Shown here piece by piece: positions 1-8,839 of a stretch of 64,000 nucleotides of DNA; the stretch's first letter is position 1; each line of letters opens with the position of its first letter. Made by a program: the position numbers and the translations under genes. The notes under the pieces were generated by a model. It was not told the DNA's origin, did not search any database, and saw nothing but the letters and a program-made list of their open reading frames with translations. This DNA is from Patescibacteria group bacterium (GTDB lineage Bacteria > Patescibacteriota > Microgenomatia > UBA8517). Location of the stretch: contig DASVCV010000001.1 of the NCBI GenBank assembly GCA_036381415.1, positions 69,053-133,052 of the forward strand, in the 5' to 3' direction.

Positions 1-46
1 TCTGCCTTTTTTCTTCTTCTTTAATTAAAGAAAGTATTTTGTCCAT
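1..46 (-). CDS. glyA: 5' end of probable serine hydroxymethyltransferase (runs off the window)
   Basis: ATG at 46 reads MDKILSLIKEEEKRQ, matching the I-x-x-E-x-x-RQ N-terminus of GlyA; co-oriented 40 nt downstream of tdk. Only 15 codons are visible. Confidence 0.6.
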   Translation of the reverse strand, partial: MDKILSLIKEEEKRQ

Positions 47-86
47 TTGTGGCTATTTTAACACGCAGTTGGCAAATAGTTTACTT

Positions 87-689
87 TTACCTATTATTTC
101 TTTTAGGCTTGCCAGGTACTTGGTGGTGGGAAGGGCATCTTGGAGCATATGCTTCTTCTGCTCCTATTAAAACAATTGGGTCGCTGTAGTTTGCGGGCTT
201 TCCATTTACCAGCCTTTGAGTTCTTGTTGCCTCATCTCCACAGATCTCACCATTATCTTTGTATGTGCAAATGGCAGTAAGTCTTGCAATATCATCGGCC
301 AAGGCAAGAAGAGTTGGCATTTGTCCAAACGGCTCTCCTCTAAAATCTAAAGGCAAACCTGCAAAAACAACTTCAACATTGCGGTCAAGAATTTCTTGAA
401 TTACAGGAATAATTTCAGGTCCCATAAATTGGATTTCGTCTATTGCAACCATTTTGGTGTCTTTTGAAAGAAATCCTAAGATTTCTGGTGGTTCGCATAC
501 TGGGATTGCAGGATGTTCTGAGCCGGCATGAGATCTTACATAATCAACTTTATTCCACCTGTCATCAATTGCCGGCTTAAAAACTAAAACTTCACGTCCT
601 GCAATTTCAGCGCGAGTTACTCTTCTTAAAAGTTCATCAGACTTTCCTGAAAACATGCAGCCTGCAATTCCAATTAGTCTTTCACTCAT
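87..689 (-). CDS. tdk: thymidine kinase
   Basis: GCMFSGKS P-loop, FKPAIDDR, IDEIQF, GLPLDFRGEPF and C-terminal Zn/lasso region. Confidence 0.95.
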   Translation of the reverse strand: MSERLIGIAGCMFSGKSDELLRRVTRAEIAGREVLVFKPAIDDRWNKVDYVRSHAGSEHPAIPVCEPPEILGFLSKDTKMVAIDEIQFMGPEIIPVIQEILDRNVEVVFAGLPLDFRGEPFGQMPTLLALADDIARLTAICTYKDNGEICGDEATRTQRLVNGKPANYSDPIVLIGAEEAYAPRCPSHHQVPGKPKRNNR

Positions 690-1390
690 CTTTCTTTTCC
701 CTTTCTTACTCCTTCAATATAGCCGCATTGTCTTAGCTGCTGACAGGAAGCTTCTTTTGCAATGTAAAGTACTTCTTCGGGAGAAGCAGTTGCATTTATA
801 ACTACAAATCTACCTTTTGTATCCTGTACGGCTTCTCTTAAATACTCATACCTTACTTTTTTGTGAAATTCTATTTTTTCTAAATCAAGTCTATTAAGGC
901 TACCATCTTTGTTTTTTCTTTCTATTCCTGTTTCAGGATCAATGTCCAAAAGAAATGTTAAATCTGGAACTAGACCTTGGGTGGAAAGATCATTTAGGTA
1001 ATGAATTACATCTACTCCTAAACCTCTTCCTCCTCCTTGATATGCAATTGAGCTATCCATATATCTATCCAATATGACTACTCTGCCATTATCTAAAGCA
1101 GGTTTAATTACTTTTGAGACTAGTTCTGCACGAGATGCTTGAAAAAGAAGTGCTTCAGCCATTGGATCCAACTTCCTGCCTTTTTTAAGAAGAGTTTTTC
1201 TAATTTCTTCAGACACCTCTGTCCCTCCTGGTTCACTTTTTAAGATTGGTCTAATTCCAAACTCATCAAATAGCCAAAGGGCTAGTTCTTTTGCCAAGCT
1301 GCTTTTTCCAGAACCTTCTCCTCCTTCAAGAGTATAAAAAACACCACCTCGCCTTCCTCTTAAGGTAGATCCGACCGGATATGTTTTCAT
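686..1390 (-). CDS. tmk: thymidylate (dTMP) kinase
   Basis: EGGEGSGKS, EPGGT, LDRYMDSSIAYQG, PDLTFLLD motifs. Confidence 0.95.
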   Translation of the reverse strand: MKTYPVGSTLRGRRGGVFYTLEGGEGSGKSSLAKELALWLFDEFGIRPILKSEPGGTEVSEEIRKTLLKKGRKLDPMAEALLFQASRAELVSKVIKPALDNGRVVILDRYMDSSIAYQGGGRGLGVDVIHYLNDLSTQGLVPDLTFLLDIDPETGIERKNKDGSLNRLDLEKIEFHKKVRYEYLREAVQDTKGRFVVINATASPEEVLYIAKEASCQQLRQCGYIEGVRKGKER

Positions 1391-2358
1391 ATATTTTCTT
1401 TAATGAGTCCTAGGCTTTTAAATTTATCAAGCAATTCTTGTCTTTCTCTTTTATTAGTTAAGCCTTGTGAATCAGCAACTGTAAGAATGTCAGATTTTGT
1501 AAACTGAACATTCCCGTTTAGCAAGGTTGTAAGAACAGTTTTTTCTGGAAGAGTTAGTTGTGTTGCTTTCATTTCATAATCCTCAAAAGCTTTCCAGGAA
1601 ATAGGAAATGCATCCTCTATAATTTTTGCCATGGCTTCTGCATAAACTCTAATTTCATACTGTGCATGAGGATCCGCTCTTAATGCTAAGAAGTGGAAAA
1701 TATTATGAAGATTTGCTTCCCAGTACCATTGTGTATATACATTTACTCCCAGTGGAAGACGTGCTAGTTCTCTAGCAATCATGGGTCTTTCAACATCTTC
1801 CTGCTTTCCATCTTCGGTGCTATTTAAATAATAGTCATATAAATCATATTGGGAGACAGAGTTTGCTTCTAAGTCTTTCCTAAACTGTTCTGCATATTCT
1901 AAATCAACAGTCTCACCTCTACCTTGTCTGTTGCTGCTTGCCTGAACTCCAATTACAGATGGCTCTGGGATATAGAATTCATTGCTGAGAATTGAATACC
2001 TAGCTGATTCTTCGTTTATACTTGCAGTTCTATGTCGTACCCATTGCCTGGCAACAACAATTGGCATTTTTGCATGTATTTTAAGAACTGCCATTTCAAA
2101 AGGTGTTGTATGGTGATGACGCCTTAAGTACCTTACTAGACCCGTGGTTTCATTTACAGACCTAGTTCCTGCCCCATATGAAACCCTTGCTGCTTGTTCT
2201 ACTGATTGGTCATTACCCATATAATCCACAAGATAGAGAAAGCCGTGATCTAGAACAGGAATTTTTACTCCCAACCACTTTTCTGCACCTGGATTTATGG
2301 GTCTTCTGCTTTCTGTAATTGGGAATTGCTGCTCCCTATCTGTATTTTCTATACTCAT
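1387..2358 (-). CDS. thyX: flavin-dependent thymidylate synthase
   Basis: AARVSY, HTTPFE, RHRTASINEESARY signature, HAQYEIR. Confidence 0.95.
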   Translation of the reverse strand: MSIENTDREQQFPITESRRPINPGAEKWLGVKIPVLDHGFLYLVDYMGNDQSVEQAARVSYGAGTRSVNETTGLVRYLRRHHHTTPFEMAVLKIHAKMPIVVARQWVRHRTASINEESARYSILSNEFYIPEPSVIGVQASSNRQGRGETVDLEYAEQFRKDLEANSVSQYDLYDYYLNSTEDGKQEDVERPMIARELARLPLGVNVYTQWYWEANLHNIFHFLALRADPHAQYEIRVYAEAMAKIIEDAFPISWKAFEDYEMKATQLTLPEKTVLTTLLNGNVQFTKSDILTVADSQGLTNKRERQELLDKFKSLGLIKENI

Positions 2359-2807
2359 TTTTTACCAGTACTACCAAAACCACCTTCTCCTCTTTGGGTT
2401 TCTGACAACTGCTCTACTTGTAAAATTTTTGCTTGTGGAGCATAAAGAAGGACACCCTGGGCAATTTTTTGGCCTTGCTCAAATACAAAAGTACTATCAT
2501 CTGTGTTGTATAAAATTAACTGCCACTCTCCTCTATAAATAGAGTCGATTACTCCTGCCATCACATGTGTTCCTTCTCTATCTGTTTGGCCGCTTTTGTC
2601 TTTAAAAAAAACAACCCAATCTTGAGGTATTTCTCCAGCTATTCCGAGGGCTATTTTTTTTCTTTTTCTTGGCTCAATTGATCCAGCGATTGGAGAGTAG
2701 AGATCAAAACCTGCATCTCCTGGATGTGCGTATGTGGGAAGTTTTGCATCAGGAGAAAGAATTTTAATATTAAGAACAGGCGCTTCTAAATTTAATCTTT
2801 CTGCCAT
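2355..2807 (-). CDS. dut: dUTP diphosphatase
   Basis: AGFDL, GVIDSIYRGE, KIAQ, RGEGGFGSTG motifs. Confidence 0.95.
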   Translation of the reverse strand: MAERLNLEAPVLNIKILSPDAKLPTYAHPGDAGFDLYSPIAGSIEPRKRKKIALGIAGEIPQDWVVFFKDKSGQTDREGTHVMAGVIDSIYRGEWQLILYNTDDSTFVFEQGQKIAQGVLLYAPQAKILQVEQLSETQRGEGGFGSTGKK

Positions 2808-2848
2808 TATTATGCTCCAGCTAAAATATCACTTAACAAAGAGCGGTG

Positions 2849-3325
2849 TCAATGATTGGTTTCTTTAAATCTAACAACCTCTATTCCTTTTCCCTTAAAT
2901 AGTTCCATTGCAAAAGAGGTTTCTGGATCATGATAATCTCTACTATACACAACTCTTTGAATTCCAGCGGCAATTATAAATTTTGCACAATCGTTGCAGG
3001 GAAAGTCAGTTGTATAAATTGTTCCTCCATCGGTGCTTGCTCCACCCTGAAATGCTACTTGGATAATTGCATTTAATTCTGCGTGAATTACTCTTTTACA
3101 ATGTCCGTCTTCTTCATAACAACCCACATCGTCACAGTGCGGAGTTCCGCGGGGTGATCCATTGTATCCTGCGGATATTAATCTGTTGTCTTTTGCAATA
3201 ACTGCACCAACACTTCTTTTTGGACAGGTAGCACGTTCTGAGACAGCTGAAGCTATTTTCATAAAATACTCATCCCAAGTTGGACGTCTCTCTTTTACTT
3301 CCGGATGTATTCTTTCACTTGCCAT
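2849..3325 (-). CDS. dCMP deaminase (ComEB family)
   Basis: WDEYFM, GYNG, HAELNA and PCxxC zinc-deaminase motifs. Confidence 0.92.
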   Translation of the reverse strand: MASERIHPEVKERRPTWDEYFMKIASAVSERATCPKRSVGAVIAKDNRLISAGYNGSPRGTPHCDDVGCYEEDGHCKRVIHAELNAIIQVAFQGGASTDGGTIYTTDFPCNDCAKFIIAAGIQRVVYSRDYHDPETSFAMELFKGKGIEVVRFKETNH

Positions 3326-3376
3326 GTCTCATCTTTAATACCTATTTTTGAAAGTGTTGTCAAGAAGAAAAGTTTA

Positions 3377-5356
3377 TTACTTAACGACAGGCTGAGTTTC
3401 TGTTTCTTTGTCTTTTTGCAATTTTGGATTTTTCCAGGATGCCCAATCACACTCAGGATATCTGGAGCAGCCAAAGAATGATCTTCTTTTGGCAGTTCTT
3501 TTAATAATCACTTCTCCTTCATTGCACTTAGGACATTTCATTCCTACTTTTTCTATGTATTTATCAGTGTATTTACATTCTGGAAAATTGGAACAGGATA
3601 CAAATTTTCCAAATCTTCCAATTCTTACCACCAAATCTCCTTTTTTACATTCAGGACATTTAATTCCTAATTTTTCTGTTTCTATTTTTACTCTTTTTGA
3701 ATTTTTAGTTACATCTTCAAGTTTTTTCTCAAAAGGCTTATAGAAAATTCCTATTTCTTTTTCCCACTCCTTTTTGCCATTTGCAACATTATCCAAATCT
3801 TCCTCCATGTCAGCTGTAAATTTGTAATCCAAAACTTCTGGAAAGTTGCTCATTAAAAACTCAGTAACGGCATTTCCAACAGGAGTTGGAAAGAACTTTC
3901 CTTCTTTTTTCTCCACATAAGTTCTTGCCTGAATTGTTGAAATAATTGGAGCATAGGTTGAAGGTCTTCCAATTCCTAACTTTTCCAGAGTTTTAATGAT
4001 GGATGCTTCATTGTATCTAGCTGGAGGTTCTGTAAATTTCTGGTCTGAATTAACTTTAATAAGTGTTAGAGAATCATCTTTTACTACCTCAGGCAAAATG
4101 ACTGCAGACTCATCAGTAAGCTTAGCTGGAATTACTTTTCTCCAGCCATCAAATTTCATTATTTGTCCTCCTGCTCTTAACAAATAGGTATCTGCTTTTA
4201 CATCAATTGTTGTTTCATCATATACGGATGGAGTCATCTGACATGCAATAAATCTTCTTGCTATAAGTTCATATAGTTTTTTGGCATCAAGTGCTCCTCT
4301 TCCATTAAATTCTGGAGATTTATTTGAAACATTGGTTGGACGAATTGCTTCATGGGCTTCTTGTGCAACTTTGGAAGTTGTTTTGTAAAATCTGGGAGAT
4401 TCTGGAAGATATTTTTCTCCAAATTCCTTTTTAATATAATCTCTTACTTTGGCAACTGCGGCTGAAGCAATATTGGTTGAGTCAGTTCTGTGATATGTGA
4501 TTAGTCCTTCTTCATATAGTCCCTGTGCAATAGACATTGTTCTTTTTGCACTCCAACCATAGATGCGGGCTCCTGCCTGGGTCATGGTGGAAGTTGTAAA
4601 AGGAGGATATGGATTTTTTCTTACTTCTTTTTTCCTGACATCTGAAACAATATAGCTAGCCTTATTAAGATCACTTACTACTTTGTCTGCTTCTTTTTTA
4701 TTTGAAACAGAGGCAGTTTTTTCACCTATTTTTGTCAGTGAAACTATGAACTCACTTTTACTTGCTTTTACTGGACTAACTGTACAGTAGATTTCCCAGT
4801 ATTCAACAGGCTTAAACTTTTCTATTTCTTTTTCTTTCTCCACAATAAGCCTGACTGCAACTGACTGGACACGCCCGGCTGAAAGGCCACGTCTAACTTT
4901 TTTCCAAAGAAGGGGTGAGAGCTTGTATCCAACCAATCTATCAAGAACACGACGCGCAATCTGGGCATCAACCAGATTTTTATCTACACTTCTAGGGTGA
5001 GCAAGAGCTTCTTCAACTGCTTCTTTTGTAATTTCATGGAAAACAATTCTTTGAGATTTTTTTCCATCAATTAATTCATTAACATGGGATGAAATGGCTT
5101 CTCCCTCACGGTCAGGATCAGTGGCGAGATATATCTTTTTTGCACTTTTAGCTAATTTTTGAAGTTTTTTAATTACATCTTTCTTTGCAGGAACTTCTAT
5201 ATATTCTGGCTTAAATTTTTTCTCCACATCCACACCTAGAGTTGACTTGGGCAAATCTTTAATATGGCCCATGGTTGCTTCCACTTCATATGGCTTTCCT
5301 AAAAACTTAGAAAGTGTTTTTGCTTTGGTTGGTGACTCAACAATTATTAATTCCAT
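3377..5356 (-). CDS. topA: DNA topoisomerase I
   Basis: IVESPTK, ATDPDREGEAI TOPRIM, SAGRVQS, ITYHRTDS active site, two C4 zinc ribbons. Confidence 0.97.
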   Translation of the reverse strand: MELIIVESPTKAKTLSKFLGKPYEVEATMGHIKDLPKSTLGVDVEKKFKPEYIEVPAKKDVIKKLQKLAKSAKKIYLATDPDREGEAISSHVNELIDGKKSQRIVFHEITKEAVEEALAHPRSVDKNLVDAQIARRVLDRLVGYKLSPLLWKKVRRGLSAGRVQSVAVRLIVEKEKEIEKFKPVEYWEIYCTVSPVKASKSEFIVSLTKIGEKTASVSNKKEADKVVSDLNKASYIVSDVRKKEVRKNPYPPFTTSTMTQAGARIYGWSAKRTMSIAQGLYEEGLITYHRTDSTNIASAAVAKVRDYIKKEFGEKYLPESPRFYKTTSKVAQEAHEAIRPTNVSNKSPEFNGRGALDAKKLYELIARRFIACQMTPSVYDETTIDVKADTYLLRAGGQIMKFDGWRKVIPAKLTDESAVILPEVVKDDSLTLIKVNSDQKFTEPPARYNEASIIKTLEKLGIGRPSTYAPIISTIQARTYVEKKEGKFFPTPVGNAVTEFLMSNFPEVLDYKFTADMEEDLDNVANGKKEWEKEIGIFYKPFEKKLEDVTKNSKRVKIETEKLGIKCPECKKGDLVVRIGRFGKFVSCSNFPECKYTDKYIEKVGMKCPKCNEGEVIIKRTAKRRSFFGCSRYPECDWASWKNPKLQKDKETETQPVVK

Positions 5357-5411
5357 AACTTTAAGTAAAGTTTAGTTTACCCCATATGTCAAGGGAGTCA
5401 GAAAAAAATTA

Positions 5412-6056
5412 TCACAAAATTGAATTTACATAATTTATGATAATTTCTGGAGACTTTCCAACAGCTGCTCCATTTTCAATTAAAAAATCTGTAATTGGAG
5501 AACCTGGAACTGCAAATACTTCTTTTCCCTGGTCTGCTGCCCAACCTGCAGTTGACCTTGTGCCACTTCTTAGGTCTCCTTCTATTACAAGAACTGCAAG
5601 TGAAAGTCCTGTGATAATCCTATTTCTTTGTAAAAAGTGGACTTGGTATGGGCCTACCTTTGAGGGATATTCTGAGACGACTGCTCCATTTTTCATTATT
5701 TGGGTATAAAGGCTTCTGTTTTCTGGAGGATATATGACATCAAGACCAGATCCTAAGACTGCAATAGTTCTTCCACCTCCCTTTAAAGCTCCTCTATGTG
5801 CGATTGTGTCAATACCTCTTGCTAAGCCAGACACTATTGTGATGCCTGATCTTGCAATGTTATACGAGAAATCTAAGGCAAGACGCTTGCCGCGCTCTGA
5901 CATTTGTCTTGTTCCAACAATTGCCACAGCCTTTTTATCTTGAGGTTTTATTTCACCATTTATATATAAAACTTGGGGTGCATTGTCTATGGTTTTTAAT
6001 GCCTCAGGATAATTTGTTTGGCTGAAATTTAGCTCCTTCATTGTCTTTGAGTCCAA
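5412..6056 (-). CDS. dprA: DNA-processing protein A (short form)
   Basis: AIVGTR, IVSGLARGID, RNRIITGLS; adjacent to topA. Confidence 0.93.
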   Translation of the reverse strand: MDSKTMKELNFSQTNYPEALKTIDNAPQVLYINGEIKPQDKKAVAIVGTRQMSERGKRLALDFSYNIARSGITIVSGLARGIDTIAHRGALKGGGRTIAVLGSGLDVIYPPENRSLYTQIMKNGAVVSEYPSKVGPYQVHFLQRNRIITGLSLAVLVIEGDLRSGTRSTAGWAADQGKEVFAVPGSPITDFLIENGAAVGKSPEIIINYVNSIL

Positions 6057-7672
6057 TATGAGATTATATCCTTTGCAATTGGAGCTGCAACTTGGGATCC
6101 TTCTCCACCTTTTTCAACAAGTATTGTTGCTACAATCTGGGCATTTGATTTAGAGTAACTAGGATCTACTGGAGCAATTGCATTAAACCAAGCATGCGTT
6201 TTATCTTTTTCATTTGTTTCAGCAGTTCCAGTTTTACAAGCTACCTGTGGCTTAAAATCAAAGAAAGGATAGGCAGTGCCACCTGTTGAGCAAGCTCCAA
6301 TCATCCCTTCTTTAATTTCATCTAGTGTACTTTGACTTATTCCTAGGTCCTTACATTTAACATCTGCTGCTATCATTCGCGGTTCACAGAGTTTTCCTTT
6401 TGTTGAAATTACAGATGCAATTGCATTTGCCTGTAAAGGAGTGACTGTTAAGTCTCCTTGGCCTATTGCCATGTGATATGTATTTCCCAAAAACCACAAT
6501 TCTCCTTTTGCCTGTCTTTTCCAGGCAGGAGATGGAACTAATCCACTTGCTTCACCCGGAAGATTGACTCCTGTTTTTGTTCCTAATCCAAATTTTTGGG
6601 CCCATTTATCAAGAAGGTCAACTCCTGTTAACTCTCCAACTTTATAAAAGAAGGTGTCAGTGGATCTGGCAATTGCTTTTGTTAGGCCAATTACTCCTTC
6701 TGTACTTCCATACTGGGTGAAATACCAGTTGGTGTAGGAGAAATCTCCAATTTTAATTACACCTGTGTCGTTATATGTAAAATCTGGGGTGATCTTTTTT
6801 TCTTCCAAGGCAGCTGAAGCTGTGACAATTTTAAAAATAGAACCTGGGTGGTACTCACCTGAAATAGTTCTATCAAAAAGAGGAAGATCAGGATTGGCTA
6901 GAAGCTCACCTCTTGTTTTTTTTGAAATAAAATCATTTTGTATAAAAACATTTGGATCATATGAAGGAGAAGAATAAAGAGCAAGAATCTGGCCATGTCC
7001 ATCTGTTACTGCGGCTGCACCTTTTTTGTCCTTCATGGAAAGAGCAGTTTTTCTTTGGATTCCTGCATCAAAGGTTGTAACTAAATCTTTACCGGGAACA
7101 GGCTCTTTGGTTCCTAATACTCTAATTTTGTGGCCCATGGAGTTAACCTCAATTAATTCTTCTCCATCAATCCCACGGAGCTGGCATTCAAAACCTGCTT
7201 CTATACCAGACCTGCCTACACTATTAATAGGCTTAATTGGACCATGGTCTGGACAGTCAGGATCAATTTTTCCTACTTCATCACCAGAAGCTGCTCCTAC
7301 ATACCCTGTGACGTGTCCAAAATCAGCTCCATATGGATATTTCCTTACATATTCACTAATTAACTCATCTGGCTTTGCATCTTTAACATCATCTATTTTT
7401 TTGTAGCCTTCTAATGGATCAAAGACAATTCTTTTTTTAATTTCGGTGTTGCCTGCTAATACCTCTCCGCCTCTTGCTAAAATCCTACCTCTTGGGGCGG
7501 GAATTACAATTCTTCTAATTCTATTGCCATCAGCCAAATCTTTGTAATATGCACCTTTAATAATCTGGAGTTCCCCCAGACGGGAAATTAGAATGGCAAC
7601 AGCTAAGAAAAGAAGTCCTCTAAAAAACCAGGAGAGCCAGGACTGGGAGGAACTTGTGTTAAAGGAATACAT
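6038..7672 (-). CDS. mrdA: penicillin-binding protein 2 (class B transpeptidase)
   Basis: N-terminal TM, PAPRGRI, PGSIFK (SxxK), KTGTAE; downstream of mreB. Confidence 0.88.
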   Translation of the reverse strand: MYSFNTSSSQSWLSWFFRGLLFLAVAILISRLGELQIIKGAYYKDLADGNRIRRIVIPAPRGRILARGGEVLAGNTEIKKRIVFDPLEGYKKIDDVKDAKPDELISEYVRKYPYGADFGHVTGYVGAASGDEVGKIDPDCPDHGPIKPINSVGRSGIEAGFECQLRGIDGEELIEVNSMGHKIRVLGTKEPVPGKDLVTTFDAGIQRKTALSMKDKKGAAAVTDGHGQILALYSSPSYDPNVFIQNDFISKKTRGELLANPDLPLFDRTISGEYHPGSIFKIVTASAALEEKKITPDFTYNDTGVIKIGDFSYTNWYFTQYGSTEGVIGLTKAIARSTDTFFYKVGELTGVDLLDKWAQKFGLGTKTGVNLPGEASGLVPSPAWKRQAKGELWFLGNTYHMAIGQGDLTVTPLQANAIASVISTKGKLCEPRMIAADVKCKDLGISQSTLDEIKEGMIGACSTGGTAYPFFDFKPQVACKTGTAETNEKDKTHAWFNAIAPVDPSYSKSNAQIVATILVEKGGEGSQVAAPIAKDIISYWTQRQ

Positions 7673-7688
7673 TAGTTTATTCTACAAC

Positions 7689-8732
7689 CTACTTCAACCC
7701 ACTTGTTACTTTTATTTTTGCAAGAAGTTTTGGATCTTCCAATACCTTTCCACACCCTCTAACTACTGATGTGAGTGGGTCTGGTGCAATCCAGACAGGC
7801 ATTTTAGTAATGTCTGCAACCAATTTATCAATTCCTTCTATTAAAGATCCTCCTCCAGTTAGAACTATTCCTTTTTCCATGATGTCTGAGACTAACTCAG
7901 GAGGAGCTTCTTCAAGAGCTCCTTTAATGTTTGTAACAATTTCAGTTAATGTTGGAGAAAGAGCTTCTCTTACTTCATCACTAGAAAGCTTAATAGATTT
8001 TGGAAGACCAGTTTCTAAGTCCCTTCCTCTAATAACTGAGAATTTTTCTTTTCCGATACTAGCTGATCCTATGGTCATCTTTACTGTTTCTGCAGTTGGC
8101 TGGCCTAAAAGAAGTGAATATTTAAGCTTTACATAATTAATTACTGCTTCATCCATTTCATCTCCAGCAATTCTTACTGATCTTCCAATTACCACTCCTC
8201 CTAATGAAATTAAGGCTATTTCACTTGTTCCTCCACCAATATCAACAACAAATACTCCACCTGGATCATCAATAGGAAGACCAATGCCAATGGCTGCTGC
8301 CATTGGTTCTTCTATTAAGAATGCCTGACGGGCTCCTGCAGATAGTGCTGCGTCAGCTACAGCACGGCGTTCTACTTCTGTTACTCCTGATGGAATTCCA
8401 ATTACAACTCTGGGACGAGGTACTTTAGGAATTACTGTTCCTGATTCATGAACTCTTTTAATGTAGTGATCAAGCATGGCTTGGGTTGCATCAAAATCAG
8501 ATATCACTCCATCTTTTAAAGGACGGATTGCTTCAACAAGCTGTGGAGTTCTTCCTACCATTCTTTTGGCAGAGGTTCCAATGGCTAACACTTCTTTTGT
8601 TTTTTTCTGACGGGCTACAACAGATGGCTCTCTAATTACTATTCCTTTTTCTTTCACCCAAACAAGAGTGTTGGCAGTTCCCAAGTCAATTCCTACATCA
8701 TGGCTGAACAAACCTAAAATACGGTTAAACAT
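7689..8732 (-). CDS. mreB: rod shape-determining protein MreB
   Basis: GIDLGTANT, EEPMAAAIG, DIGGGTSE, LTGGG actin-fold motifs. Confidence 0.97.
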   Translation of the reverse strand: MFNRILGLFSHDVGIDLGTANTLVWVKEKGIVIREPSVVARQKKTKEVLAIGTSAKRMVGRTPQLVEAIRPLKDGVISDFDATQAMLDHYIKRVHESGTVIPKVPRPRVVIGIPSGVTEVERRAVADAALSAGARQAFLIEEPMAAAIGIGLPIDDPGGVFVVDIGGGTSEIALISLGGVVIGRSVRIAGDEMDEAVINYVKLKYSLLLGQPTAETVKMTIGSASIGKEKFSVIRGRDLETGLPKSIKLSSDEVREALSPTLTEIVTNIKGALEEAPPELVSDIMEKGIVLTGGGSLIEGIDKLVADITKMPVWIAPDPLTSVVRGCGKVLEDPKLLAKIKVTSGLK

Positions 8733-8839
8733 ATGTAATTGGGAGTATAGCTCGTGGGCACAACCTTATAAAGAGCCTGTTCAAATAAGATAAATTAAGG
8801 GGTTTGGCTGTAAGGCAAGCTGTAGTAAAATAAAAGTTC

